Shown piece after piece: positions 1 through 10,388 of a stretch of 64,000 bases of DNA. The notes under the pieces were generated by a model that made no database searches, was not told where the DNA came from, and worked only from the letters and a program-made list of their open reading frames with translations. Source of the DNA: an uncultured Pseudomonadota bacterium (GTDB lineage: Bacteria > Pseudomonadota > Alphaproteobacteria > RF32 > CAG-239); contig CASEYY010000041.1 of NCBI GenBank assembly GCA_949292335.1, positions 29,963 to 93,962 of the forward strand, read 5' to 3'. The translations under genes were made by a program, and so were the position numbers. Each line of letters opens with the position of its first letter. Position 1 is the first letter of the stretch.

Positions 1-258
1 AATGCCGCGTCCGTTATCTCTGATAGTGGCAGAACCGTCGGGATTTAAAATTACTTCGGTTTTATCGCAATAGCCGGCCAAAGCTTCATCAATAGCGTTA
101 TCCAAAACCTCGTAAATCATGTGATGCAAACCGGAACCGTCATCGGTGTCGCCGATGTACATACCGGGGCGTTTACGCACCGCGTCCAAACCTTTTAAAA
201 CCTTAATCGAATCTGCACCGTATTCTTGTTCTACGGCATTTGTTACTTCAGAAACCAT
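1..258 (-). CDS. gyrB: DNA gyrase subunit B, N-terminal part (runs off the window start)
   Basis: Manual translation from the ATG at 258: [62 protein letters not shown]...DNGRGI. GAGGA RBS upstream. A distinct parE is at 33675. Confidence 0.93.
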   Translation of the reverse strand, partial: MVSEVTNAVEQEYGADSIKVLKGLDAVRKRPGMYIGDTDDGSGLHHMIYEVLDNAIDEALAGYCDKTEVILNPDGSATIRDNGRGI

Positions 259-388
259 ATTACTTTATTCCTCATTTCTTTTTCATAAAAAATCTGTATG
301 AAATATAGAACATTTAACCCCAAAAGCATAGCAAAATTTAAGCTTTTGTGCATAATTTTCATATCAAAATCAAATTTTAAGGCTTGTT

Positions 389-3121
389 TTAGTGGGCTTC
401 GGTCCAGTTGTTTCCGATACCGGCTTCGGCTTTGAAAGCAACGGTACTTTCGATTATGCTTTCCATGCAATCTTTGACCACCGCTAATGCCTGCTCAACC
501 TCGGTTTCCGGTGCTTCTAAAACCAGTTCGTCGTGGACTTGTAAGAGCATTTTGGTTTGCATTTGTTTTTCTTGCAACACTCTCTCAACCTTATTCATGG
601 CTAATTTAATGATGTCGGCGGCTCCGCCTTGAATCGGAGCATTGATAGCTGCTCTTTCGGCATTGGCAACAAGTCGCTTATTAGAATCGTTAATACCGAA
701 TACCGAACATCTGCGTCCGAAAGGAGTTTCGACATAGCCGTGAGAATGAGCAAATTCAATGGTTCTTTCCATATAAGCCTTTATCTCGGGCATTTGGGCA
801 AAATAGGCGTCTATATAAGCCTTGGCTTCCGCCGGCTCTACACCGATGTTTTTGGCTAAGCCATAAGCAGAAATCCCATAAACAATACCAAAGTTAATGG
901 CTTTAGCTTGCCTGCGCAAATTTGCATCAACCTTATCTGCCGGAATGCCGAAAACATGTGATGCCGTTGCGGTATGAATGTCTATACCATGAGCAAAAGC
1001 TTCTTTTAGTTTTTTGACATCGGCAACTTCGGCCAAAAGCCGCAATTCTACCTGAGAATAATCGCAAGATATCAGCTTGCACCCTTTTTCGGCAATGAAA
1101 CAAGAACGGATTTTGCGCCCTTCTTCGGAACGAATGGGAATATTTTGCAAGTTGGGATTTGAAGAGGCTAATCTTCCGGTATTGGCCACCACCTGCGAAT
1201 AGGTGGTATGCAGGCGAGAGTTTTTATCCAAAAGTTCTGATAAAGAATCGGTATAGGTCGATTTTAGTTTACTGAGCTCCCGCCAGTCCAATATTTTGGT
1301 TGCCAACTCCTCACCGGAGGCCGCCAAATCTTCTAATACATCGGCTCCGGTTGCCCACGAACCACTTGCCGTTTTTTTGCCTTTAAGCCCTTTTTTATCG
1401 AACAAAATTTCCCCAATCTGCTTGGGAGAACCAATGTTAAACTCTTCTCCGGCCAAAGCATAAATTTCTTGTTCAAGTTTTTGCATTCCGGAGGCAAAAT
1501 AATCACTGATATCCTTTAGTCCTTGGGCGTTTACCTTTACTCCGCGTAACTCCATATTATACAAAGTTTGCACCAAAGGACGATCAAAAGCTTCGTAAAT
1601 ATGCGTGCGGTGCTCGCTCATCATGCGGGATTTCAAAAAATCATAAGTTCTTAAAATAAAGTCTGCCTGTTCACACAAATACTCTTTTTGCTTGTCTTCT
1701 TCTACTTGCGAAAAAGATAATTTATTTTTGCCGCTGCCAAAAACCTCTTCCGCGTTTTGCAGCTTTTCATCTAAAAATACTTCACTTAGGGTTTTGGTGT
1801 CATGATAATGTTCGGAACTGTCCAAACAATAAGACATTACCGCCGTATCATCATAGGGGAAAAACGGCAAATCACCGAATTTAGCTCGCAATAAATGCAT
1901 GCTGTTTTTGATACCGTTGCCGATTTTTAAAATCGACTTTGCCGAAAACAACGGGCGTAATATCCTATCAAATGCCTCTTTATTTATTCCGGAATCGTTG
2001 CCTGAAGAGGCAAACAAGTCCATATTCACATTTTGAGTATTGGCAAATTTGATAAGATAGGCTTCTCCCGCAGAACAAGAAACCGCTAAGCCTTCGGCGT
2101 TATCAAAATGCGGATTTTCGCCTTTAGAGGCTACCGTAAAGGCAAAACGAGCATTATTTTCAATCCGGCGGGCAACTTCTTTCAGCCCTTGTTCGTCCTT
2201 TATGACTTGGTAATTTTTTACTATCGGTTGCGGCAGACGATGGCTTAAATCGGAACATCTTTCCGCCAACCATTTATCAATGCGGTTTTTAAGAGAAGAA
2301 AATTCATAACGATTGATAAAGTCATGCAATTTAACAGCCTCGGGACATTTGCAGACAAAGCTTTCTATCTCTTCAGTTACCGGAACATCGTCTTTTAGCC
2401 GCACCAGTTGCTTGGAAATAAGTGCGTTATCAGCATTCTCAATAATGGCTTGGCGGCGTTTGTCTTGTTTTATCTCGTGAGCATGAGCCAATAAATTTTC
2501 AACGGTTCCGTACTCGTTTATCAGCTGAGCTGCGGTTTTGGGGCCAATTCCGGGGACACCGGGGACATTATCAATGCTGTCTCCGGATAAGGCTTGCACC
2601 TCAACCACTTTGTCGGGATAGACGCCGAATTTTTCTTTGACATCCTCCGGAGTAAAAAATTTGTCTTTCATCGGGTCATAAAACTCAACGCCAGAGCGAA
2701 TCAGCTGCATCAAATCTTTGTCACCGGAAACAACCACGACTTCCATTCCCTTTGCCAGTGCTTTAGCGGCATAAGTGGCAATTAAGTCGTCGGCCTCATA
2801 GCCTTCCATTTCCAAAAAATTGAGATTTAGGACATTTACAGCCTCGCGAATCAGCGGAAATTGCGGAATTAACTCTTCCGGTGTTTCTTTGCGGGTACCC
2901 TTATAGTCGGCAAAAATATCGTTGCGGAAATTTTGCCTTTTAGCGTCAAACAATACCAAGCAGTAATCGCAGGGAATCTTGGCTGTCAACTTCAGAAACA
3001 TATTGGTAAAGCCATAAACCGCATTAACCGGCGTGCCGTCGGGTGCAGTTAAGGGCGGAAGTCCGTAAAAAGCTCTGAAAATATAGCCCGAGCCGTCAAT
3101 AAGGCAAATTTTTTGCGTCAT
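389..3121 (-). CDS. polA: DNA polymerase I
   Basis: LIDGSGYIFRAFY 5'-3' exonuclease start; polymerase motifs DYSQVELR, AKAINFGIVYG, QVHDEL. Confidence 0.98.
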   Translation of the reverse strand: MTQKICLIDGSGYIFRAFYGLPPLTAPDGTPVNAVYGFTNMFLKLTAKIPCDYCLVLFDAKRQNFRNDIFADYKGTRKETPEELIPQFPLIREAVNVLNLNFLEMEGYEADDLIATYAAKALAKGMEVVVVSGDKDLMQLIRSGVEFYDPMKDKFFTPEDVKEKFGVYPDKVVEVQALSGDSIDNVPGVPGIGPKTAAQLINEYGTVENLLAHAHEIKQDKRRQAIIENADNALISKQLVRLKDDVPVTEEIESFVCKCPEAVKLHDFINRYEFSSLKNRIDKWLAERCSDLSHRLPQPIVKNYQVIKDEQGLKEVARRIENNARFAFTVASKGENPHFDNAEGLAVSCSAGEAYLIKFANTQNVNMDLFASSGNDSGINKEAFDRILRPLFSAKSILKIGNGIKNSMHLLRAKFGDLPFFPYDDTAVMSYCLDSSEHYHDTKTLSEVFLDEKLQNAEEVFGSGKNKLSFSQVEEDKQKEYLCEQADFILRTYDFLKSRMMSEHRTHIYEAFDRPLVQTLYNMELRGVKVNAQGLKDISDYFASGMQKLEQEIYALAGEEFNIGSPKQIGEILFDKKGLKGKKTASGSWATGADVLEDLAASGEELATKILDWRELSKLKSTYTDSLSELLDKNSRLHTTYSQVVANTGRLASSNPNLQNIPIRSEEGRKIRSCFIAEKGCKLISCDYSQVELRLLAEVADVKKLKEAFAHGIDIHTATASHVFGIPADKVDANLRRQAKAINFGIVYGISAYGLAKNIGVEPAEAKAYIDAYFAQMPEIKAYMERTIEFAHSHGYVETPFGRRCSVFGINDSNKRLVANAERAAINAPIQGGAADIIKLAMNKVERVLQEKQMQTKMLLQVHDELVLEAPETEVEQALAVVKDCMESIIESTVAFKAEAGIGNNWTEAH

Positions 3122-3199
3122 GTTTGTTCCTTTGCATAAATTTGCCTAATTATAAAAGATTATTATTGCTGACGCCACCAATAAAAATTTTTATCACAT

Positions 3200-3231
3200 T
3201 AAAAATTTGTTTAACCTCTTATTGCTATAAT
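3200..3231 (+). promoter_or_regulatory. Putative CtrA-type promoter of the PBP1A gene
   Basis: TAAA-N7-TTAAC (3200-3215), 11 bp from TTAA to a perfect TATAAT (3226-3231); GAATC at 3240 and 3256. Confidence 0.5.
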
Positions 3232-3266
3232 ATCAAAGAGAATCGCAAAAAAGAGGAATCGATAAA

Positions 3267-5051
3267 GTGGTGAAAAAAAACGAAAAAAACAAACGCAAAA
3301 AAACAACTGCCAGACGCAAAAAGAAATTTAGTAAACTCAAACTATTGTTCAAGTTAGCCTTAATCGGCGGCGGAGCTTTATTTTTGTATTTGTTGTTTTG
3401 CCTGATAACTCTTCCGGATATGAGCGAGGCAATCAATCGTACGCGTTTGCCTTCTACCACCATCATCGCCGAAAACGGAAATGAGGTTATGAGCTTTGGC
3501 ACGGTTTATTCCGAAGTGGTACCGGCCGATGAACTGCCGCAATATGTTACCGACGCCATCGTTTATACCGAAGACCGCCGCTTTTATTCGCATTTCGGTT
3601 TTGATATAATATCGTTTACCAGAGCCATGATTGCCAATCTATTTGCCGGCAGATTTGCTCAAGGCGGAAGCACCATAACCCAGCAGGTAGCAAAAAACCT
3701 GTTCCTTACCAACAAAAAAACCATAAACCGTAAAGCTCAAGAACTTATGCTGGCGTTTTGGTTGGAATACAAATTTTCCAAAGAGCAGATTTTAACCCTT
3801 TATCTCAATCGAGTTTACTTCGGCAACGGGGCTTATGGAATCGAGGCGGCCAGCAATAAATATTTTCAAAAAACTTCGCGTGATCTAAATGTGCTGGAAG
3901 GAGCAATTTTGGCCGGAATGCTTAAGGCTCCGTCTCGCTATAACCCGATTGCCTCAAAGGAAAGAGCCATAAATCGTGCCAAAGTGGTACTTAATATTAT
4001 GGTTGAAAACGGCCTGCTATCCGAGAAAGATTATGAGCGAGTGCTTAAAATGCCGCTCGGCAAAGAAAAACCGGCAAAAGTCAAAAACGGAGCTTATTTT
4101 GCCGATTATGCCTATAATGAAGTCATATCCCGTGTCGGTGAGCAGGAAACCGACATTTATGCCTTGACCACCCTTGATCAAGATTTGCAGGAAAAGGCTT
4201 CGGCCGTATTGCAAGAAGCCTTGGCCGGAGCCAAAAAACAAAATGTTACCCAAGGTGCCGTAGTTATCTTGGATAAAACCGGCGCCATAAAGGCTTTGGT
4301 CGGTGGTGCAAACTATTTTCAAAGCCAATTTAACCGAGCAACACAAGCCGTCAGACAACCTGGGTCTGCGTTTAAGCTGTTTGTTTATATGACGGCAATT
4401 AATCAGGGAATGACACCCGATGATATAATTGAAGACAAACCGATTAATATTCGCGGATGGCAGCCGCAGAATGATGACGGCAAGACCTATGGCATGGTAA
4501 ATTTGCGTTATGCCTTTGCCAAATCCTTAAATCTGGCAACAGTGAATTTGGCTCAACAGGTCGGGACCGGAGCTATAATCAGAAATGCCGAAAAAATGGG
4601 AATTACCACCCCGATGGAAAATGATTTGTCATTGGCGTTAGGCTCTTCGGGCGTAAAACCGATTGATTTGGCAGCGGCCTATGCTTCAATCGCCAACGGC
4701 GGATATGCCGTATGGCCATATGCCGTGCAAGAAGTATACAGCAACGACGGATATCAGTTGTATCAACGCATGGATAGCGAACCGGTGCGAATTTTTGACG
4801 AAGAAAAAACCGTACTGATGAAAAAACTCCTGCGTGAGGTGATGAAATCCGGAACCGGTCGCAAAGCCAATATCGGTCGTGAGGCTTTCGGTAAAACCGG
4901 AACCAGCCAAAACCACCGCGATGCTTGGTTTGCCGGCTTTGATGACAATCTTATCTGCGTGGTATGGGTCGGAAACGACGATAACTCGCCGATGAGCTAT
5001 GTCTACGGTTCGGGACTGCCGGCTCAAATCTGGAAAAAAATTATGCAATAA
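3267..5051 (+). CDS. Class A penicillin-binding protein (PBP1A family, transglycosylase/transpeptidase)
   Basis: EDRRFYSHFG, GGSTITQQVAKN, SAFK (SxxK), SLN, KTGT motifs; N-terminal TM helix. Confidence 0.93.
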   Translation: MVKKNEKNKRKKTTARRKKKFSKLKLLFKLALIGGGALFLYLLFCLITLPDMSEAINRTRLPSTTIIAENGNEVMSFGTVYSEVVPADELPQYVTDAIVYTEDRRFYSHFGFDIISFTRAMIANLFAGRFAQGGSTITQQVAKNLFLTNKKTINRKAQELMLAFWLEYKFSKEQILTLYLNRVYFGNGAYGIEAASNKYFQKTSRDLNVLEGAILAGMLKAPSRYNPIASKERAINRAKVVLNIMVENGLLSEKDYERVLKMPLGKEKPAKVKNGAYFADYAYNEVISRVGEQETDIYALTTLDQDLQEKASAVLQEALAGAKKQNVTQGAVVILDKTGAIKALVGGANYFQSQFNRATQAVRQPGSAFKLFVYMTAINQGMTPDDIIEDKPINIRGWQPQNDDGKTYGMVNLRYAFAKSLNLATVNLAQQVGTGAIIRNAEKMGITTPMENDLSLALGSSGVKPIDLAAAYASIANGGYAVWPYAVQEVYSNDGYQLYQRMDSEPVRIFDEEKTVLMKKLLREVMKSGTGRKANIGREAFGKTGTSQNHRDAWFAGFDDNLICVVWVGNDDNSPMSYVYGSGLPAQIWKKIMQ

Positions 5052-5127
5052 TTGTAAAAAATAGTGCTTTCCGTTTGAAAAATGTTATATATAATGCAAT
5101 AAGTTTTGTAAATTTAAGGAAAATGAC

Positions 5128-6660
5128 ATGACACAAAAACCAGTAATGCTACTTATCCTTGACGGTTGGGGATACAGAGAAAAAACAACCGCCGACAATG
5201 CCATTGAAAACGGCAACACTCCTAACTGGCATCGTTTACTTAACGAATGCCCGCACGGATTTGTCGAAACTTCAGGTCTGGCCGTAGGGTTACCCGAAGG
5301 TCAGATGGGAAACTCCGAAGTGGGTCATACCAATTTGGGTGCCGGACGCGTGGTAATGCAAGACTTGCCTAAAATCGATTTGGCAATTAAAGACGGAAGC
5401 TTGGCTAAGAATCCAATCTTGGTTAATATGATAAACACCCTTAAAGCAAACGGAAAAACTTGCCACCTGATGGGCTTGATGTCTCCGGGCGGCGTTCACT
5501 CCTCACAGAGCCATATTGAAGTATTGGCCAAAATAATATCGGAAAATAACATTCCGGTCAGGGTTCACGCCTTTTTGGACGGACGCGATACTCCTCCGGC
5601 ATCGGCTGCGGAATATCTGCAACAATTTGAAAAGGATGTTGCCGGTTTTAATAATGTTAAAATCGCCACCATTGAAGGTCGTTTTTATGCCATGGATCGC
5701 GATAAGAGATGGGACAGAATCGAAAAAGCATACAACAATATGGTCTTGGCCGACGGTAAACGATTTGCCACCGCCGATGAAGCAATCAAAGCTTCTTATG
5801 CCGACAAGGTCAATGACGAATTCGTTGTTCCGGTTGTTATCGGTGATTATGACGGAATGCAGGACGGCGATGCTATCTTGATGGCTAACTTCAGAGCCGA
5901 CAGAGCCAGAGAAATTCTTTATGCTTTGGCCGATAAAGATTTTAACGGCTTTGAACGCAAGAAAATAATTAACTTTTCCGACCATGTCGGAATGACCGAG
6001 TATTCGGTCGACCACAACCGTTTTATGCATACCATTTTTCCCCCGGAGCAACTCACCAATATCTTGGGTGAAGTTGTAGCCAAACACGGCCTGACACAGC
6101 TCAGAATCGCCGAAACCGAAAAATATGCTCATGTTACTTTCTTCTTTAACGGCGGTGAGGAAAAAGAGTTTGAAGGTGAAGAAAGAATCCTTATCGCCAG
6201 CCCCAAAGTCGCAACTTATGACCTTAAGCCGGAAATGAGCGTTTATGAGGTTACCGAACAGCTGGTTAATGCCATCGAAAGTAAAAAATTTGATGTCATT
6301 ATTTGCAACTTTGCCAACGGCGATATGGTTGGTCATACCGGAATTATGGAAGCTGCATTAAAAGCCGTGGCTGCCGTTGATGAGTGTTTGGGTAAGGTTG
6401 AAAATGCCATCAAAGATATCGGCGGCGTCTTAATCGTTACCGCAGACCACGGAAACTGCGAAAAAATGGTTGATGAAATTACCGGACAACCATACACCGC
6501 TCATACGGTAGGTAAGGTTCAAGCCGTATTGGTTAATGACCAAAGCGGGGTTAAATCGCTTGAAAACGGTCGCTTGGCCGATATTGCTCCGACCATGCTC
6601 GAACTTTTGGGAATCGAGCAACCTAAAGAAATGACCGGAAAATCTTTGCTTAAGAGATAA
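5128..6660 (+). CDS. gpmI: 2,3-bisphosphoglycerate-independent phosphoglycerate mutase
   Basis: LLILDGWG, GQMGNSEVGH, AETEKYAHVTFFFNGG, TADHGN. Confidence 0.97.
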   Translation: MTQKPVMLLILDGWGYREKTTADNAIENGNTPNWHRLLNECPHGFVETSGLAVGLPEGQMGNSEVGHTNLGAGRVVMQDLPKIDLAIKDGSLAKNPILVNMINTLKANGKTCHLMGLMSPGGVHSSQSHIEVLAKIISENNIPVRVHAFLDGRDTPPASAAEYLQQFEKDVAGFNNVKIATIEGRFYAMDRDKRWDRIEKAYNNMVLADGKRFATADEAIKASYADKVNDEFVVPVVIGDYDGMQDGDAILMANFRADRAREILYALADKDFNGFERKKIINFSDHVGMTEYSVDHNRFMHTIFPPEQLTNILGEVVAKHGLTQLRIAETEKYAHVTFFFNGGEEKEFEGEERILIASPKVATYDLKPEMSVYEVTEQLVNAIESKKFDVIICNFANGDMVGHTGIMEAALKAVAAVDECLGKVENAIKDIGGVLIVTADHGNCEKMVDEITGQPYTAHTVGKVQAVLVNDQSGVKSLENGRLADIAPTMLELLGIEQPKEMTGKSLLKR

Positions 6661-6662
6661 AT

Positions 6663-7892
6663 ATGAACTTTACCGCCGTTCTCAAATTTATATTTCTTGC
6701 GGCTGCCGTAGTATTTTATTCCACGGTGGCCGCAACGGCGGCAAATGTCTCGAAAGATGACCTCAAAGAGGTTGAAAAAGAAGTCTTACAACAAAGCATT
6801 GAACATAAAAAACTGCAAGCCCAGGCAACTCAAATCAATCTTGAGCTTTCTTCAATAAGCAAAGAAATGGTCGACGCCGCACAAAAAATCCAAAATACGG
6901 AAGAAAGACTTTCTTTGATGGAAAGACAACTCAAAACCTTGGAAAGCGATTTGGAAAATGCCGAAAAAGGTTTTATTAAAGAGGATGAAAACTTGATTAA
7001 AACCTTGGCCGCCTTGCAAAATCTTGCACTAAAACCAACGGAATCGCTTTTGGTTCAACCGTTATCTCCCGTCGATATTATCAGAAGTGCCATGATTTTG
7101 CGTGGAACGGTGCCTTATCTGGAAGAAAATGCCGAGCAAATCAGACAGCAAATGCTCGATATTGCAAACAAAAAAAACAAAATCGAAAAACAAATTGCCG
7201 AAATTTCCAAGCAAAAAATTGTATTGCAAAACGAACATCAGCAAATGAAAAAACTGCAACAGCGAAAAGTCGCTTTGCGAAAATCAGTTGAAATCAAAAG
7301 CGAAAAAACTAAAAAAAATATGGATAAATTGGCTTCTAAAGCTAAGGATTTAAGAGACCTCCTGGCTCAAATCGAAAAACAGCGAAAAGAAAAAGAAGCA
7401 CGTGAAGCCGAAAGACGCCGTAAAGAAGAAGAAAGAAGAAAATTAGAGGAAAAACAATCTGCTGACTTGATTAAATCTGCTCAACCAAGTATAACAAATA
7501 TTGCATCGGGTTTTGCAAAAGCAAAAGGAAAATTACCGCTGCCGGCCAGAGGAAAAATTGTAACCCGCTACGGCGAAGAAAAAATGAAAGGGATTTCGGC
7601 AAAAGGTATTACCTTGGCAACAAGAGAAAATGCTCAGGTTATTTCTCCTTTTGACGGTGCAGTTGTTTTTGCCGGTCCGTTCAGAGGATACGGTAATATG
7701 ATTATCGTTGAACACGGCGATGACTACTTGTCATTGATGTCGGGGCTGGGAAATGTAGATGTGGAACTCGGGCAAATGCTCTTGGCCGGTGAGCCTATCG
7801 GTAATATGCCGGAAGAGGAAAATGCCGAATTGTATGTCGAGATTAGAAAAAATAATCAGCCGATTAATCCGGCTGCATGGTTCAAAATTTAA
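6663..7892 (+). CDS. envC: Murein hydrolase activator EnvC family (coiled coil plus degenerate M23 domain)
   Basis: Signal peptide, long coiled coil, FAGPFRGYGNMIIVEHG and LYVEIRK; gpmI-envC-ctpA synteny. Confidence 0.85.
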   Translation: MNFTAVLKFIFLAAAVVFYSTVAATAANVSKDDLKEVEKEVLQQSIEHKKLQAQATQINLELSSISKEMVDAAQKIQNTEERLSLMERQLKTLESDLENAEKGFIKEDENLIKTLAALQNLALKPTESLLVQPLSPVDIIRSAMILRGTVPYLEENAEQIRQQMLDIANKKNKIEKQIAEISKQKIVLQNEHQQMKKLQQRKVALRKSVEIKSEKTKKNMDKLASKAKDLRDLLAQIEKQRKEKEAREAERRRKEEERRKLEEKQSADLIKSAQPSITNIASGFAKAKGKLPLPARGKIVTRYGEEKMKGISAKGITLATRENAQVISPFDGAVVFAGPFRGYGNMIIVEHGDDYLSLMSGLGNVDVELGQMLLAGEPIGNMPEEENAELYVEIRKNNQPINPAAWFKI

Positions 7893-7908
7893 ATGGGGTG
7901 CTTAAATC

Positions 7909-9195
7909 ATGAAAAAAATATTGTTAATAGCCGTTGCCGCAATGTTTATCACAACTCAAGCCTCTTGGGCTAAAAAAGCCGAAGAGAACAAAGACGAGCA
8001 AACCAATACTTATGAATTGCTTAATATGTTCGGCGAGGCTATGGAAAGAGCTAAGGCAAACTATGTCGAGGAAGTGACGGATAAACAGTTAATCGAATCG
8101 GCAATTAACGGTATGTTGTCTTCTCTTGATCCGCACTCCAGCTATTTGGACGAGAAAGATTTCAAATATATGACCGAACAAACCAGCGGAAAATTCGGCG
8201 GTCTGGGAATCGAAATCACAATGGAACAGGGCGTGGTTAAAATCATATCTCCGATTGACGATACTCCGGCATTTAAGGCCGGATTAAAACCAGGGGATTA
8301 TATTACCAATATCGATGGCGAAACTATCATCGGTATGACACTTAACGAAGCCGTTGACAAGATGAGAGGAAAACCGGGAACCAAGGTTAAACTTACAATC
8401 CGCCGTCTAAACGAAAAACCTTTTGAAGTGACCTTAAAAAGAGAAGAAATTAAAACTCAATCGGTTAAAAGCGATGTTAAAGACGAGGATGTGCTTTATA
8501 TCAGAATCGGTTCTTTTTCGGAAGATGTTGATAAGGACATAAAAAAACTGTTTGAAAAAGAAACCAAAAAACGCAAAACCCCGTTCAAAGGAATTGTGCT
8601 TGATGTAAGAAACAATCCGGGCGGTCTGTTGGATCAAGCCGTTGCCGTTTCGGGGCTGTTCTTGGGTAAAAAAGAAGTCGTTTCAACCAAAGCTCGTAAT
8701 GATGAGGACACTTTACGCTATTCCTCTAAAGGAGAAGATATTACCAACGGTCTTCCTATCGTGGTGCTGATTAACAGCGGTTCGGCTTCGGCCTCAGAAA
8801 TTGTTGCCGGTGCTTTGCAAGACCATAAACGCGCCGTAATTATGGGCGAAAAATCTTTTGGAAAGGGAAGCGTACAAACCGTCGTGCCCTTGGGTGAAAA
8901 AAGTGCTATGCGTCTTACCACCGCAAAATACTATACTCCTTCGGGTCGCTCAATACAAGCAACCGGTATAGAGCCCGATATCGTTGTTCATCCGGCAAAA
9001 CTGGAAGAATATACCGACGAGTACGAATTCAGTGAAGCCGAATATACTAACGCTCTTAAAAATGATACCGTGGATAAAGATAAAAAAGATAAAGATAAAA
9101 AAGATGAAGATAAAGACTGGCGAAAAGACTATCAGTTGTCTCGTGCCGTAGATACCGTTAAAGCCCTTAATGTCTACACTTCAGCCGACAAATAA
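7909..9195 (+). CDS. ctpA: Carboxyl-terminal processing protease (S41 family)
   Basis: LDPHSSY, PDZ GGLGI, DVRNNPGG, SASASEIVAGALQD, SFGKGSVQ. Confidence 0.95.
   Translation: MKKILLIAVAAMFITTQASWAKKAEENKDEQTNTYELLNMFGEAMERAKANYVEEVTDKQLIESAINGMLSSLDPHSSYLDEKDFKYMTEQTSGKFGGLGIEITMEQGVVKIISPIDDTPAFKAGLKPGDYITNIDGETIIGMTLNEAVDKMRGKPGTKVKLTIRRLNEKPFEVTLKREEIKTQSVKSDVKDEDVLYIRIGSFSEDVDKDIKKLFEKETKKRKTPFKGIVLDVRNNPGGLLDQAVAVSGLFLGKKEVVSTKARNDEDTLRYSSKGEDITNGLPIVVLINSGSASASEIVAGALQDHKRAVIMGEKSFGKGSVQTVVPLGEKSAMRLTTAKYYTPSGRSIQATGIEPDIVVHPAKLEEYTDEYEFSEAEYTNALKNDTVDKDKKDKDKKDEDKDWRKDYQLSRAVDTVKALNVYTSADK
9073..9117 (+). repeat. Short tandem repeat encoding DKDKK units in the CtpA tail
   Basis: GATAAAGATAAAAAA x2 plus one degenerate copy. 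Confidence 0.6.
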
Positions 9196-9206
9196 AATCG
9201 GGAGAT

Positions 9207-10388
9207 TTGTCCTTGCAAAGTACTTTAGAAAAATATAATAAACTTATAGTCGCCATACTCGTTATCGTTGCTTCGGTTATCGGTGTGGGATATTGGTTCG
9301 CCGAGGAAAAAAGCGAACCGACATACAAGTCAAAAATTGATAAACTAATGTTTGATAAGGATAATAAAGCTCCGAAATTTATCCTGACTCTGCCAGATAA
9401 AATGACACCGGAAAAAACCAAAATTGATGCTTTTGTTGATGATGTCAGAAAAACCCAAATTAAAAAGAAAATAGAAGAGAACCCAGATTTCTCACTGGAA
9501 GATTTGTTGGCATCGGTACCAAATATTTTTAATCTGCCGGCACAAAGCCCTACTCAACAACTTAAGTATATAAGCCTTGATGAGAGTTTGTATGAAACCA
9601 ACGAAAAAGGACAAATCCTCCCCAAAATCGCCGCAGACGACCGGAAGCCTTGGAGCGAATATGGTAATTCGGTCGACACTCAGCCAAACTTTAAAAAAGT
9701 TGCTATCGTCATTGCCGGTATGGGATTTAATCAGTTTTCAGTTAATAAAGTTGCCGAATCTTTTGCTTCCGAGGTATCGGTCAGTTTCACTCCTTATACA
9801 CCAAAACCCGAAGATGCTATCCTCGCCGCCAGAGAAAAAGGACACGAAACATATGTTGACCTGTTACTGTCTTCGAGAGATTTTGCCATAGAAGATTCCG
9901 GTCCTTTATCAATTACTTCCGACCTTACAAAAGATGATGCCGTAGAGCGATTTCATCAAATAATCGGTAAAAAAGCTCCGATAGGCGGGGTGATTATTAA
10001 AGACGGATTGGTTAATCCGGAAAATTCTTATATCATAAAAGAATTGTTGACAGATGCCAAACAAAGAGGACTCTTGGTCGTTGATGCCTCAAATGAAAAA
10101 ATAATCGATGAGTTGCAAATTGAAGGCTTGGCAAGACGCAAAGCCGATATTGTTATATCTAAAGATTTGCTAAAACAAGATATTGAGGAGCTTTTACAAG
10201 AGGCCGAAAATATCGCTTTTAACAAAGGACAAGTCTTAATCGTGGCCGAACCAAAGCCGGTGGCTATCTTAGCTCTTTATAACTGGGTTAAAACTTTTTC
10301 GCCGCAAATATCTTATGAAGAAGCAAAAAAAGTTGAAATCTCTAAGCCCTTTGCTTTGGTTCCGTTGTCAAATTTGGTTGTAGAATAA
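9207..10388 (+). CDS. Divergent polysaccharide deacetylase family protein
   Basis: TM anchor; AIVIAGMG, VSFTPY, AREKGHE, RGLLVVD; follows ctpA as in other alphaproteobacteria. Confidence 0.75.
   Translation: MSLQSTLEKYNKLIVAILVIVASVIGVGYWFAEEKSEPTYKSKIDKLMFDKDNKAPKFILTLPDKMTPEKTKIDAFVDDVRKTQIKKKIEENPDFSLEDLLASVPNIFNLPAQSPTQQLKYISLDESLYETNEKGQILPKIAADDRKPWSEYGNSVDTQPNFKKVAIVIAGMGFNQFSVNKVAESFASEVSVSFTPYTPKPEDAILAAREKGHETYVDLLLSSRDFAIEDSGPLSITSDLTKDDAVERFHQIIGKKAPIGGVIIKDGLVNPENSYIIKELLTDAKQRGLLVVDASNEKIIDELQIEGLARRKADIVISKDLLKQDIEELLQEAENIAFNKGQVLIVAEPKPVAILALYNWVKTFSPQISYEEAKKVEISKPFALVPLSNLVVE

Noticed and set aside
5503-6336. Long antisense and shadow ORFs (this 277-aa one and many shorter ones)
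   Set aside because: They lie opposite well-supported genes and show no recognisable motifs.
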